Notes: generated by a model not told the origin, from the letters alone. Counted from the stretch's first letter, positions 27,976 to 42,127 are shown. The stretch is 64,000 nucleotides of DNA from the human T2T-CHM13v2.0 reference genome, Homo sapiens (GCF_009914755.1 NC_060929.1), one strand, 5' to 3'. Numbers and translations: made by a program.

Positions 27976-30436
27976 CTTTAAAAACATCCAAAAGATTAAT
28001 ATAAAGACCTAAAGTAGACAATACTTTTTAAGAAAGGTATCACTTCAAACATTTGTTACAGTATGACCTGAAAATGTTGATAATGTTCTTAACAAGGTCT
28101 TGCCATTTGAAGTTTTCTCGTCTGCTATGGCACTTAGGGAAACCATGAACAAAACAACACAAACATCAAGGCTGAGCTAGAAACACATCCTGTTGAGCAA
28201 ACCAAGGGTTTTTCATGATTTTAATATGTCATGTGTGCATATGCTGCTTGTCACTTGGCAAGCCTTTTTTAATGTCTTAACAGACTGCTAAGGAAGAACA
28301 AGTGTTCTGTTTTTTTGTCAGATGTTAGGCATTCTGGGGGACATTTTAAAATTATGTAGGTTCAGCTTGCTCTATCCCAAATTGAGGATATAACATCTTT
28401 TTAAAAATCTGCTCCCTTTCGTCTATGTACTAACAAGCAGTATGAGGTTGTCATCCCTCATTGGAGGGTGGATTACCTGTTAACAGGAGTTAAACAGCCA
28501 AATCCTGAGCTTCGGCAGGGAGAACATGCTGCCCAGGAAGCATAATGGCCCCTGGGTCCCAACTGAACAGAGAAGTCTGTTCACAAAGAGGACCTAACTT
28601 GGAAATCATTCCTTCTTTCAGAAACAAGAGCTTTTAAAGCCTAGAATACTGCCTTATACATAACAGGTGATCAGAAAATATTTGCTGAGTCCATTCCTAC
28701 CTTGAATAGCCTGGGCCAAAAATGTCATTAGACATTGGACAGGGCAGAAAAAGGGATATCCCCACTAGAACCAGAACAGAAATAATGCTCCTATGCTACA
28801 GAATCTTGATTTGCAAGAGTCCTTGTGAAGAAGAATTAAAAATTCATTGAGCTGCCTACTGGGTGGCATTTATAAGTCATGTTTGACGTCTTTTCTATGC
28901 ATACGTTTCTCTTGGAGCACCTTACTGTGCAGTGCTGATTTATTACAATGTGATTTGTCTCAAATACTTTTGTATTTAAATATGCAAATCTATTTTAAGA
29001 TTGAGCAGTACAGCTCCTGCATATTGTTCTCATGGCCAGTGAGGCAGTACAGCGGAGCAAATATTAGCAAATGCTCTCTGCCATTGAACACTGAGCCATC
29101 ACATTGTGCTTTCCTCAGCTGAACTGATGCTCACTGATGCATTTGATTACCCTACAGTAGCCTCACTTCCCTGCTATTGTTTTGTTTTCTGATGAAGTGT
29201 TAATCCAAAATGGGTGACAAAGACAAGAAAATGTAAATATGCTGCAGAGACTGCAAAATTCCAATGTGTAATAGCACCCTGGATATTAAAATACAAGTTT
29301 AATAGCAGGTCCAGTCACCTCTAAGCAATGGTCAAAGAAAGAAAGGTAACAATCAGCAACAATTGTGGACTGAAAATAGTTATTTAACATGATAAAGGGA
29401 AGCATAAACATCATTGCTGTCTTGGAAGTTGACAAACATCATTATATGAACAAAAACTGGAACAAATAGCAACTAGATACATACCAATATTTTAAAAGAT
29501 TTGAAGAGAATGAAAGCATGAGGTATGATTCTGGGAACTTATCAACATTAGAATTGCAATAATTCAATTAGTGCTTCAATTTACAAGGTGCATCTCATAC
29601 ACCCTCCCAATACACACACAGTGGAAAGAGTATAGTTCTAATTGAATAGTATAAGAGTCAAGGCATCTCAATAATCCTTCACTAACTTAAAAATTCCTTC
29701 CAACTATTGTTATACATATATTAAAACAATTGTGTGAAACTTGACTGACAAAAAGGGCTTCTGGAAATGCTGGTTGATCCTTAGGATTCATGTTATGTTC
29801 GAGGCATAAATGCTAGTCCATGGAGTAGAATGGTAATTGTTTCTTCTGATGCTTCTTTTGGTGAATTTGAAATGCAAACTTTTGCCATTTGCTTTCTACC
29901 TTCAAACATCTCCCCATTGCCTTTCAATCCAGCTTATTTGATTCCTTCTGTGGGTTAGTCCTAGTGCCCTAGGAATATATGAGTAGACTTTTGAAGTCTC
30001 TTCTAGAGACATGATGCTATGACCCCTCTCTGTTACCTCTTCTATTCATGGTCTGATGAGATTCCCAGTCAGTGGTGCTTAGTGACTGCAATATAAATTT
30101 TTGTTATTCTAGTATATCATTCTATTTTTATCTTCTGAAATATCATACTTCACTTGATATGATGCATTTTTTCAGCCTTTTAAAAATCTAAAACAAAAAT
30201 TACTTACATACTGAGATATACTCACAGAGTTATGAGTTTAGTGAAGCCACTAAAATTCAAATTGAACAAAGTTTCACCACTTATAAGTATTCTTCTGTAA
30301 CTTCTTTATTCTTCAATGGGGTAGAGCATAAATTTGAAAGCAATCAACAGAGCAAAGCTTCTACTGCAAAAATAATTCTTACCCTATATCAAAGATTTCT
30401 GAACAAGTAGAATATACAAATTAAACTGATGAGAAA

Positions 30437-32810
30437 ACATATGCTTTGACTCTGTGTCCCCACCCAAATCTCATGTTGAATTGTAATTCCCACTGTTGAA
30501 GAAGGGGTCTAGTGGGAGGTGATTGAATCCTGAGGGTAGGCTTTCCACTTGCTGTTCTAGTGATAGAGTTCTCATGAGATCTGGTTGTCTGAAAGTATTT
30601 AGCACCTCCCCCTTCTCTCTCTCTGTCTTCCTGCTGCTCCCTCCATGTGAAGATGTGTCTGCTTCCCCTTCACTTTCTGCATGATTGTAAGTTTCCTCCC
30701 CAGAAGCAGAAGCCTGTATAGTCCACAGAACTGTGAGCTGATTAAACCTCTTTCCTTACGAATTACCCAATCTCAGGTATGTCTTTATAGCAGTGTGAGA
30801 ATGGACTAATGCAGAAAATTTGTTCCAGGCATGGGGCAATGCTATGATACCTGAAAATGTGAAAGTGACTTTGCAACTGGGTAATGGGTAGAGGTTGGAA
30901 CAGTTTGGAGGGCTCAGAAGAAGATAGGAAGATGTGGGAAAGTTTGGAGTTACCTAGAGACTTATTGAATTGTTGTGACCAAAATGCTGATAGTGACATG
31001 GGCAATGAAGTCCAGGCTGAGGTTGACTCAGACGGAGTTGAGGAACTTCTTGGGAACTAGAATAAAGATCATTCTTGCTGTGCTTCAGCAAAGAGACTGG
31101 TGGCATTGTGCCTCTTCTCTAGAGGTCTATGGATCTTTGAACTTAAGAGAGATGATTTAGGGTATCTGGTGGAAGAAATTTCTAAACAGCAAAGTGTTCA
31201 AGAAGTGACCTGGCTGCTTCTAACAGCATATGCTCATATGTGTTTGCAAATAAATGGTTGAAAATTGGAACTTATATTTAAAAGGGAAGCGGAGAGTGAA
31301 AGTTTGGAAAATTTGCAGCCTGACCATGTGGTAGAAAAGAAAAGCCCACTTTCTGGGGAGGAATTCAAGCCTGCAAAGTTTGCATAAGTAAAGAGGAGCT
31401 GAATGTTAATATCCAAGACAATTGGGAAAATGCCTCCAGGGCATTTCAGAGAACTTCATAGCAGTTTTCCCATCATAGGCCTGGAGATCTAGAAGGGAAA
31501 AATGGTTTTGTGAGCTAGGCCCAGGGCCCTGCTGCTCTGTGTATCCTTGGGACAAGGTGCCCTGCATGGCAGCTGCTTCAGCTCCAGCCATGGTTAAAAG
31601 AGGCCAAGGTACAACTTAAGCCATTGTTTCAGAGGGTGCAAGTGCCAAGTCTTGACAGCTTTCACATGGTGTTAAGCTTGTGGGTGCACAGAGAGCAAGA
31701 GTTGAAGCTTAGGAGCCTCTGCCTAGATTTCAGAGGATATATGGAAATGCCTGGATGGCCAGGCAGAAGTCTGCTGCAGGGTCAGAGCTCTCATGGAGAA
31801 CTTCTACTAGGGCATTGCAGAGGGGAAATGTGGGGTTGGAGCCCTGACATGGAGTTCCCAGTGGGACACTGCCTAGTGGAGCTGTGAGAAGAGGGCTACC
31901 ATCCTCCAGACCCCAGAATAATAGTTCCACCAACAGCTTTCACTGTGCACCTGGAAAAGCCACAGGCACACAACACCAGTCCATGAAAGCAGCTGAGGGG
32001 GCTATACACTGCAGAGCCACAGGGATAGAGCTTCCCAAGGCCTTGGGAAGCTTCGCATCAGTGTGGCCTGGATGTGAGATACAGAGTCAAATAAGATTAT
32101 TTTGGAGCTTTAAGATTTAATGACTTCCCTGCTGTGTTTAGGACTTGCATGGGGCCTGTAACCTCTGTTCTGGCCAATTTCTCCCTTTTAGAATGGGAGC
32201 ATTTACCTATTGCAGGTACCTTCATTTTATTTTGAAAGTAACTAACTTGGTTTTTATTTTATAGGCTGCTCATAGGCAGAAGGGACTTGCCTTGTCTCAG
32301 ATGAGACTTTGGACTTGGATTTTTGAGTTAATGCTGGAATGAATTGATTTTGGGGGCCATTGAGAAGGCATGATTGTGTTTTGAAATGTGAGAAGGACAT
32401 GAGAATTGGAAGGGGTCAAGGGTGGAACAATATGGTTTGGCTCTGCATCCCCACCTAAATCTCATGTTGAACTGTAATTTTCAGTGTTGAAGGAGGGGCC
32501 TGGTGGGAGGTGACTGAATCATGAGGGCAGACTTCTCACTTGCGGTTCTTGTTATAGAGTTCTCATGAGGTCTGGTTGTTTGAAAGTGTGTAGCACCTCC
32601 CCTTTTTCTCTCTTTCTTCCTTCTTCTCCCTCCATGTGAAGATGTGTCTGCTCCTCCTTCACCTTCCACCATGATTGTAAGTTTCCTGAGGCCTCCCCAG
32701 AAGCAGAAGCCTGTACAACTTGCAGAACCATGAGCCAATTTAACCTCTTTTCTTATAAATTATGCAGTCTCAGGTATATTTTCATAGCAGTGTGAGAACA
32801 AACTAATACA
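30437..32810 (+). mobile_element. Full-length MST-type (MSTA/MSTB-like) MaLR provirus (LTRs about 30437-30813 and 32428-32810)
   Basis: Two LTRs sharing 'cccagaagcagaagcctgta' flank a MaLR internal region homologous to 619-2182. TSD not clean. Confidence 0.9.
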
Positions 32811-34721
32811 GTAACTCTGCATAAGATTATCTATACATGATGATAACAAAAGAGAAATACAGTGAATTACAAACCAGAAATACTTTGAAATAAAACTACA
32901 ACCTGATTTCAACAAAAGTTTGCAGTTTCTGGGGAAAAAAAAGTTGTTTAAAAAAATTTCAAAATCATCAAACAAGTGATGGGATTATTTAAAGGTTAAA
33001 AATGCTAAAGGAAAATATCTGGCACTAGTTTGTAATTCTCTTCACCATTTCCCTACTAGTGTAGAATTAGAAAGGGCTACTTCAGCAGCTAGAAAAGTTG
33101 TAAGAAAATATACTCACAAATAATATTACTGCTTGTGCACTTTGTTAAGATCATATTTTTTAAAAAATTCAAGTAATATATACTGTTATCAAACAATATA
33201 TTCCACATGTATGTCCAAATAATATATTTAATATAATGCAATTATTATTTTATTAATATATTGTAATTTTATGATAAATTATATTTCATTTTTGGGATAT
33301 CTAATTTTATTTGCTAATAATGTTTATAACCCATCTTCTAATAAACATCTGACTTTTATATTTCTCATAATTTTTACTTAACTTTTAAAATTAATTTACA
33401 CCTTCTTGCATTTGACCATATCAAATAATATGTCATTAATATTTTGAAACACTAATTCTGGATACTATTAAAATAAAATGTCAGTGTTTATATTTATACT
33501 TTGATATTAACACTATATAAATACTAAAACATTGATATTGTCATTTTATTCTGGAATTGAAATGACTAGAAGTATGTTCTTCCTCCAGTTCTTAACAATT
33601 TGAGTTCAGAGAACAGTTGCTCACCAACTCCCTTTTTATCTCCTCTCTTGAGAGAGAGGGCTTTGAAAGAAAGGGAAGCAGCTCTTCCTCATCTGCTATC
33701 AGACACCTTTAGTCTAAAAGAATAAAGGAAGCCATCGATTGTGTATGTCCATAATGTGCAGGAACAGGATAAGAAGTCATGAGTCAAGTGTGCAGGCCAT
33801 TCTCCTTCACCTGACTCTTCGTGATCATGTAACCTTCCTTCAAGAGCTACTGAGAAAAAGTGGCTTCTCAGAGCCATTCTCACAATGATCACTTAAAGTG
33901 TTGTATTAATCAGAGTGAAGGTTTGCTGGAAAATGGAATCTTTATGAGATTTCAACATCACATTTCATTACCAGAAAAAAAGTCAAAGTAAAATTACCTC
34001 CTGAGTTCTAGATAATAAAGTTGCCCCAGGCAGGATTCCCTACTGTAAGCAACTGACACTGACTCTGGCTATCTTAAGCAGAAAAAAAGATAATTATTAG
34101 AGAACTATGGACTAGCTTGCACAATCTATGTGGACACTTCAAAAGCAAGGCTCAAAAATCCAATGGGAATCAAAGGATCAGGTAGCCTACATCATAACAC
34201 AGTAACTCTTGGGTGAGAATATTAACCAGGGTAGCACACATGCCAGTGAATTATTGCACTGCACTGCATGCTACTGTCCGTGAACTCTAAATCACTCCTT
34301 TAGTTTTGTATTCTTTATAAGTCCTGAGCAGGAATATCCAACCAATAAAGAATAGATCTTACGTCTTCACTCAAAGAGACCCTGCCAACCATCGTACAAT
34401 TAGGGAATATCCTCAAACAGGAAAGAGTGTGAATGCTTGGGAGGCAATAGGCAACAACAACAAATGTCCACAGGGAGCTCTAGATTTCCATTTCACCATG
34501 TTTGGGCTATTTTAAAAGAAATGTTAGAGTTAAAATTGCCTCTTTTTTCTTGAAGTGGGATGTATTTCAAGACATAGACGCACAAAGAGCTAGGAGTGTC
34601 CAGCAGATGGGGAAGCTGAAATGTTAAGGCTTTTGAATTCTAGGGTTTGAGTTCAATGTTCTCAAAATATGTTGATCATCAAATCCAACTTCCAGGGACT
34701 TTGGACTTTTGTGAAAGGCTA

Positions 34722-35123
<402 letters not shown>

Positions 35124-35270
35124 TTAGCAAATACATGTAACAATGAAAAACGAAAAGTATCTAAGACTTGTTAAACTGTATTTTAACCTTGTTTGACTCA
35201 CAGATTCATTTCGAAGTAATTATGATATAAAAAGCCCACCCTGTTAAGAATTTCTAAAATCATTATATCA

Positions 35271-35599
35271 GTGGGCACAGTGGCTACTGCCTGTAATCCC
35301 AGCACTTTGGGGAGGCGAGGCAGGAGGATTGCTTAAGCCCAGGAGTTTGAGACCAGCCTGGGCAACATGGTGAAACCCCATCTCTACAAAAATGCAAAAA
35401 TTAGCCAGGCATGGTGGCATGTGCCAGTAGTCTCAGCTACTTGGGATCTGAGGTGGGAGAATCGCTGGAGCCCAGGAGGTCGAGGCTACAGTAAGCCATG
35501 ATCGTGGCCACTTCATTCCATTCACTCCAGCCTGGGTGAGAGAGCAAGAACTTGTCTCAAAAAAAAAAAGAAAAAAAAAAAAAAAACAAAGAAAGGAAA
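35271..35599 (+). mobile_element. Alu (AluJ-like)
   Basis: J-type 'ggaggattgcttaagcccaggag'. TSD aaaatcattatatca/aaaatcattttatca at 35256-35270 and 35600-35614. Confidence 0.93.
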
Positions 35600-36299
35600 A
35601 AAATCATTTTATCAATTTGTGCTGTAATAAAGACCTAAAAACTTAAATCATTAAAGACATCATTTAGTTAATATATTTTAATAATCTTCATAATATGTTA
35701 CTTATTTTTAAATCTTTTACTCTTTAAAGGAAACATAAAGATAATTTATTTGAAGTATTTATGATTTAAGTAAATCTTGAAAGGTCATATTTTTTCTTAT
35801 TTGTATATATAGGACAAATGTACATTAAAATGTAGATTGAAAACCAGCTACAATTTTAGAATCAAATGAAGACAAAATATTTTTTATTATATGATATTTT
35901 GAGTTCTTGTTTTCTGTATCACTTTTTATAATTTTCATGCTTACTGAAATATGGCATAAAAATGTTTCAGATACTATTTATAAGGCCCTTTTATGATATA
36001 ACCCATTAAAGATATAAAAAGTGTTATTTCCCAGGAAATGAAAGAGTGAAGTGGAAATAATTTTTCTTTTTAACTCTTGTTATTGTCCTAGTAAAGATAT
36101 CTTCAGGTGGTACATAAAAAATTTAAATCAGATAGATGTAATTTATGGATCTGATGAATTATTATTTTATGCTCTCTATTAAAATGCTTTTTGTCGTTAG
36201 TGTTTCTTTGGTTGCTGTTTTCAATGTCTTATAAAGAATATAAATTTTAAAATAAATGGATAGAAATTAGAAATTACTAAAGCAGTACAAGAACTTTAA

Positions 36300-36426
36300 C
36301 CCATTTATGCCTGAAGTTGCAATTTTTTGAATTTTTACAATCAGACCTTGGCGATGACCTTGAGCAGTAGGATATAAATAACTCTCACATACTTAGCATT
36401 CCCATAATAGAAAGCTAGGCATAGGA
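36300..36426 (-). mobile_element. MER85 piggyBac-family MITE
   Basis: TTAA at 36296-36299, then the TIR CCCATTTATGCCT and internal 'cagaccttggcgatgaccttgagcagtaggatataaataact', matching the remembered MER85 consensus. The other end is degraded. Confidence 0.88.
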
Positions 36427-37822
36427 TAAAATCCAGCCCATTTAGTTTCACCAAACGTGGAAGCCATTACTTCATTTAATAATTGTTTGCAAGCAGATGT
36501 CATTTTCAGCTTCTTGAATCAATAAAATCTTATATGGAAGCAGAGAAGGAATTCTAGTCTCATTTCAAATTCTATGTAATTTTCCTTCTGTAAGTTCTAC
36601 AGGCAGTTGTGGAAAAGCCAAAAGTCAAATGCTGGCCTGCCCTAGATGTTGGGAAGCACAACTACCATCTACCACTTCATCTTCAATTACACAATTATTC
36701 CTTGTTTCTTAGAATCCTGATATTCCTAAAATAAAATTCTTCACTTGTTTTAAGCAAAACGTTCTCTTTTCTCAAGCTGCACAGAGTTCCATGTAGCCTA
36801 TCTACCCACTCTTTAAACAGCTGCTGCTGTTTTATCTCCATACTCCCTTCATCAGCAATTACAGCAGTCTCACTCCTCAGGGTGTAGAGGAAACCCATGC
36901 CAGGTGCAGTTTTCCCAGAGACAGCAATCACACATAAACACCCGTCCACACTTGCTCAAGGACTACAATCTAGCCAATTGGAACGACTTAAACTAATGAT
37001 CACATCAATTACCAGAAAATTTACAGCTGCATTATCTATTTATGCAGCCTCACAGCAGAAGTGAGTCCTCTGTATTTACCAAGAGGACTGTGGCTTCTTC
37101 CTAAATAGTGTGTTAGCATCACATAATGGTCTAGAAGTCTTCATGAGGCTTCTTTATTATTCCCTGTTTAACTTTGATGTCAGAACACATGTAAAACTGG
37201 TTCACCAAAAAATCAAAAGGAAAATAATGGGAGCAAATGAAATAAAAAGCGCCCAAGATCATGAGCACAGGAAGCCAGCACAAAATTTTGCTTATGTACA
37301 GTCCTATTGCAGGGCACTAAAGGTCCTCCTGCTGTGTTAAATGCTGTACCTCTCCTCCCACTTCTTGAAGTGTGGTTAAATCTCTACACATCTAACACAG
37401 AAATTTGTACAAATTTTTTAAAAGTTATAAAATCTGCTGCTCTTATCCCTTTAATGGTTCCAGAAAGAATGGAATAGATTTCTGTTACCTCTGATACTAA
37501 TTATGTCACAGGAACCAAGGAAAGGTTAAATATTTTCAATAGGATGTGCTACTGATTGACAAAAAGCCCTACCCAGATAATTTGAAAACGGGCCTTTCTA
37601 CAATGAATCTGAAATAGTCTACTGTTAAATACATGCCCATTAGCACTGAGTTGCTTAATGTCTATTTTCTTCACAAAATGATAAGATAGGGAAAACACTG
37701 GAGAAAAATTGTGTTTTTTTTCATTCTATCTCTTATGTATAGATAATGTCTATATCTTATAAACCACTTGATAAATATTTATCAAGTCATGAATTATTTC
37801 ATGACAAATTGTTATACTAAAT

Positions 37823-38027
37823 ATTGCTATCAATAGAACTTTCTGTAATAATGAAAATGTTCATGCAGCCTTCGTCCAATAGAGTAACTTCTAGCCATAA
37901 GTGATAACTACTGAGCACTTGAAATGTGCTTAGTGTCATTGAGAAACTGAATGTTTAATTTTATCCAATTTCAATTAATTAAATTTAAATCTAATTAGCC
38001 ACATGCTACAATATTGGATAAAACAAT
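37823..38027. mobile_element. MER3-like hAT MITE
   Basis: caatagaactttctg...gagcacttgaaatgtg...tagccacatg. Confidence 0.75.
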
Positions 38028-39345
38028 TCTGAGTACTGGGGATATAACTATTATTGGGACACAGTTTTTGCCTTCAAGGAACTCGCCATCCAAAAGATGA
38101 GCTGAAAAATCACGCAATTCAAAAAGAAGTATTTTAGCTGGTATGCAGGATAAAATATAGAATTTAACCTACAGTGAGTGTTCAGTATGTCATCTAAAAC
38201 ACACACTTAATAGCATGCCCAAGGGCTGAAGACAGTGCTTTCTATTTGACTTATATGTAATTATGTAAAAAGCAGACTTGTTCTGAGGATTAAATGGCAA
38301 TATACAAAGCAGCTAGAATATAATAATAGATAATAAATAGGTAGATAGATACATAAACTGATAGACCAATAGCTATAGATAGATATCAGATGATATCCTT
38401 ATTATTAAAAATAAATATTGGTCTATGACTGAAGCCCAACTTGCTCATCGTTAAAATTAAAATTAAACCATAATTTATTTTTTAACAGCCTTATGCATAT
38501 TTTTTGTTTCTGTTTTTGCTAATATAATAGTATAGATTTCTTTAAAGCTACCATTTCACAAAACAATGTTATTTTGCATAGAGGAACACTCTGGATTTTT
38601 AGGAAAAAAAACAATGGTTTAAATAAAAATGCTATTGTTCATGGTCTCAGTTGACTCAGACCAAAAAAAAGAATAATTTTGCTCATACATGGTGTTTACT
38701 AGCATAACTGGCCTTTTTTGATAAGGAAAAAAATAAAAGAGGAAAGAAGTCAGTGCACATTATCAGGAACCCCCAGCATCAAGCAATCTTCAAACGTTAA
38801 GGCCTGGAATCCTAGAAACAAATAGCATGAGCATGTTCCTTTGGTTACATTCCTTATGACTTTAGTTTATAAGAGAAAAGGTTAAATAGCTCCATCTAGA
38901 GATACTTGTGATAGATCTTAGAGATACCCAGAGCAAGAAATCATTACAGGTCCTGAGTCATGGACAAAACTTTCTGTCCAATGCTCCAAAGGGGTCCATA
39001 AATAATTTACTGCACTGATTCTAGATGGTATCTACAGCAAATCTGCCATAAATCACTACAAATGAATCATTAGACATGTATAAAAATGTTATAGTACTAA
39101 AAGCTGAGGCTAAATGAATATAACCCCACTAAAAACAACAAACCCCAATGACAAGTGAGACTAATAAATGGACAAAGCTTTAGCATGGCTCATAAATAAG
39201 CTTAGTAACATGTACAGATAGAATCAATAGAAACAAGCCCAATTTGTAAGTAAAACAAAGAAAATTCTAAGACTGAAGTGTCAACTTCACGCTGAACACT
39301 GTACTGTATGGGAGGAACAAAATAGTGTGCAAAACCAAACATAAT

Positions 39346-39620
39346 GGCCAGACTTTGTGGCTTATGCCTGTAATCCCAGCACTTTGGATGGCCAAGGTGG
39401 GAGGATCAAGAATAGCCTGGGAAACATAGTAAGACCCCATCTCTACAAAAAATTTAAAAAAGTTAGCTGGATATGGTGGCACATAGCTTTGGTCTCAGCT
39501 ATTCCGGAGGCTGAGATGGGAGGATGACTTAAGCCCAAGAGGTCAAGGCTACAGTGACCCATGATCATGCCACTGCGCTCCAGCCTAAGCAAAAGAGCAA
39601 GACCCCATCTCAAACAAAAC

Positions 39621-39624
<4 letters not shown>
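39346..39624 (+). mobile_element. Alu (AluJ-like) with a short deletion in the left arm
   Basis: 'ggaggatcaagaatagcctggg' lacks the usual cttgagcccaggagtt segment. Remainder is a normal dimer. Confidence 0.9.

Positions 39625-39664
<40 letters not shown>
39625..39664. repeat. (CA)20 microsatellite at the Alu tail
   Basis: Perfect CA run. Confidence 0.97.
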
Positions 39665-39666
<2 letters not shown>

Positions 39667-40103
39667 CTCTGACTCTAGAACACTTACCATCTAATGGAGG
39701 TTAGAAACATCAATCGAATAATTGTAATTTTTAAAAAAACTCACAATGTGATAAAATGTGTTAATGATAATTAAATGATACTAAGAAAATTAAATGGAAA
39801 GATCTGAGAAAACTTTTCTGAAGAAATAACATTTGAGCTAGGCGATAAAGTTTGAGTTGGAACCAACAAGATGAATAAGGGAAGCATGCATATTCCATGC
39901 AAAGGAAGAGTGTGCAGACTGTGCAGAAAGGGCGTTACAAAGATAAGCAAATGAAAGTGGACACTGGTGGATGGGGTGGAGAGAGTGAAAGAGTGGGAGG
40001 AGGGGTTCTTACTTTCTGGGTGATCTTTTTACTAGAATGTATCATACACTCCATAGTGTGTTGTTTCCCATTCTGCTCTGACATTTAGAGATAGATATAA
40101 GAT

Positions 40104-40155
<52 letters not shown>
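40104..40155. repeat. (GATA)13 tetranucleotide STR
   Basis: Perfect GATA run preceded by degenerate units. Confidence 0.97.
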
Positions 40156-40156
<1 letters not shown>

Positions 40157-41249
40157 GGCTAGCTTCTGTTTCTTTCCTGGAATGAAAAGGAATATCTGGA
40201 TCTTTCTTGAAAGAGGCTCTATGGAAATGTCAAAGGAGGAAACTATAAAATTTGTTACAATGGCTGAAAACTGAAGACTCAACTCTGGAAAATTATACAT
40301 TTTCTTACCAACACAGCAGAGAAAGGTTGACCCCTTAAAAATTTCAGAATAAAATTGATTTATCTACCTCAGACTAATTTTCAGACCCTATCCTAATGCA
40401 AAAATGAGAAAGCAAATAATAAGCATACATAAGAGAAAAAGGCAAATGGCAATCAACATATACAAAGCTTTTAATTTTACATATAGTAAGGAAAAAAGCA
40501 TATTAAATCAGATGCCATTTTTCACTCATTATATTGGCCCTACCTATCTATCTATCGAACTATCTATCTAGATATATATCTATATCTATATCTATATCTG
40601 TATATACCCAGGTAGCCCTCATCTAAACTGAGTCCATTCTTGAAAAATGTGGGGAATAACAAACATTCAGAAGGCAGGAGCCATATTTTATTATTCTAAA
40701 CAGGAAAAAATAACAGTGGATTCTGAGTCCTCAGGAAACTCCAATAAACATTCCCAGTATCACTAAATCACTCTTAAACACTATGTAATTAATTTCACAT
40801 AGTGAAATTAATTTCACAAGATATCTACATAATATAAAATGTATGATATGTAGATATCTACATAATATAAAATGTACATAATATAAAAATGTTTGATTAT
40901 TTACCTGCAATTACTTAATTATCTGTCACTTAACTCATTAGCAGGGAAGTTTGTATCCAGTATTGAAAGATACTGGGCATGAAGTACTCTTTCTTTCTCA
41001 TTGCAACAAATATGTACCATAATATAATTTAATAATGATATAATTAAATAATGAATAATATGCCAAACATACATAAGAAATGCAAATGGTACTTAGCAAA
41101 ATGCAGTTTTAAATGGCTTTGTAAAAAAATGTTACTAACCTGTTAGAGAGATTGTTTTTTGAAGAAATAACTGTGTTAAAGCTACAGCACATTTTATGTT
41201 CTCTTGCTCTGAATTTTGCTAAAACAAGCCTAGCACCTACACTTCAGAC

Positions 41250-41684
41250 CAGCAGTTCCCAACCTTTTTGGCACCAGGGACAGGTTTCCTGGGAGACAAT
41301 TTTTCCACAGATGGGAGGGAGCAGGGAGATATTGTTTGGGGAAGATTCAAGTGCATTACACTTATTGTGCACTTTATTTCCATTGTTATTATATTGTAAT
41401 ATAGAATGAAATGATTACACAACTCATCATAATGTGGAATCAGTTGGAGCCCTGAGCTTGTTTTCCTGCAACAAGATGGTCCCATCTGGGGGTGATGGGA
41501 AACAGTGATAGATAATCAGACGTTAGATTTTCATAAGGAGAACACAACCTAGATCCTTTGCATGTGCAGGATGTCTCGCTTTGCTCACTGGCCTGCCACT
41601 CACCTCATGTTGTGAGGTTCCATTCCTATGCTCCTAATAGGCCAAGGACTGGTGTTGCTCTATGGCCTGGGGAATGGGGACCTG
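41250..41684. mobile_element. MER1A-like hAT (Charlie) element
   Basis: cagcagttcccaacctttttggcaccagggac...ggggacctg. 8-bp TSD CTTCAGAC/CTTTAGAC. Confidence 0.88.
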
Positions 41685-41753
41685 CTTTAGACCAAGTAAT
41701 TGATTCAGATAGTTGAATTTGGGGTAAAAAAAATTAAAATACATTATGGGGAG

Positions 41754-42127
41754 TGTATTAGTCCATTTTCTAAATATATAGAACTATAAAGAACTGCTAT
41801 AAAGAACTACCTTAAACTGAGTAATTTATAAAGAAAAGAGATTTAATTGACTCACAGTTCCAAATGGCTGAAGAGACCTCAGGAAAGTTACAATCATGGT
41901 GGAAGTTGAAGGGGAAGCAAGACACGTCTTACATGGTGGCAGGGAGAGGGGAAGTGCCACACTTTTAAGCCATCAGATCTCATAAGAACTCACTCACTAT
42001 CATGAGAACAGCATGGGGGAAATCCACCCCCATGATCTAATCACCTCCCACCAGGTTCCTCCCCTGACATGTGGGGATTACAATCCAACATGAGATTTGG
42101 GTGGAGACATAGAGCCAAACTCTATCA
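41754..42127 (-). mobile_element. Solo MSTA-like LTR
   Basis: tgtattagtcc...gccaaactctatca. Perfect TSD GGGAG. Confidence 0.9.
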
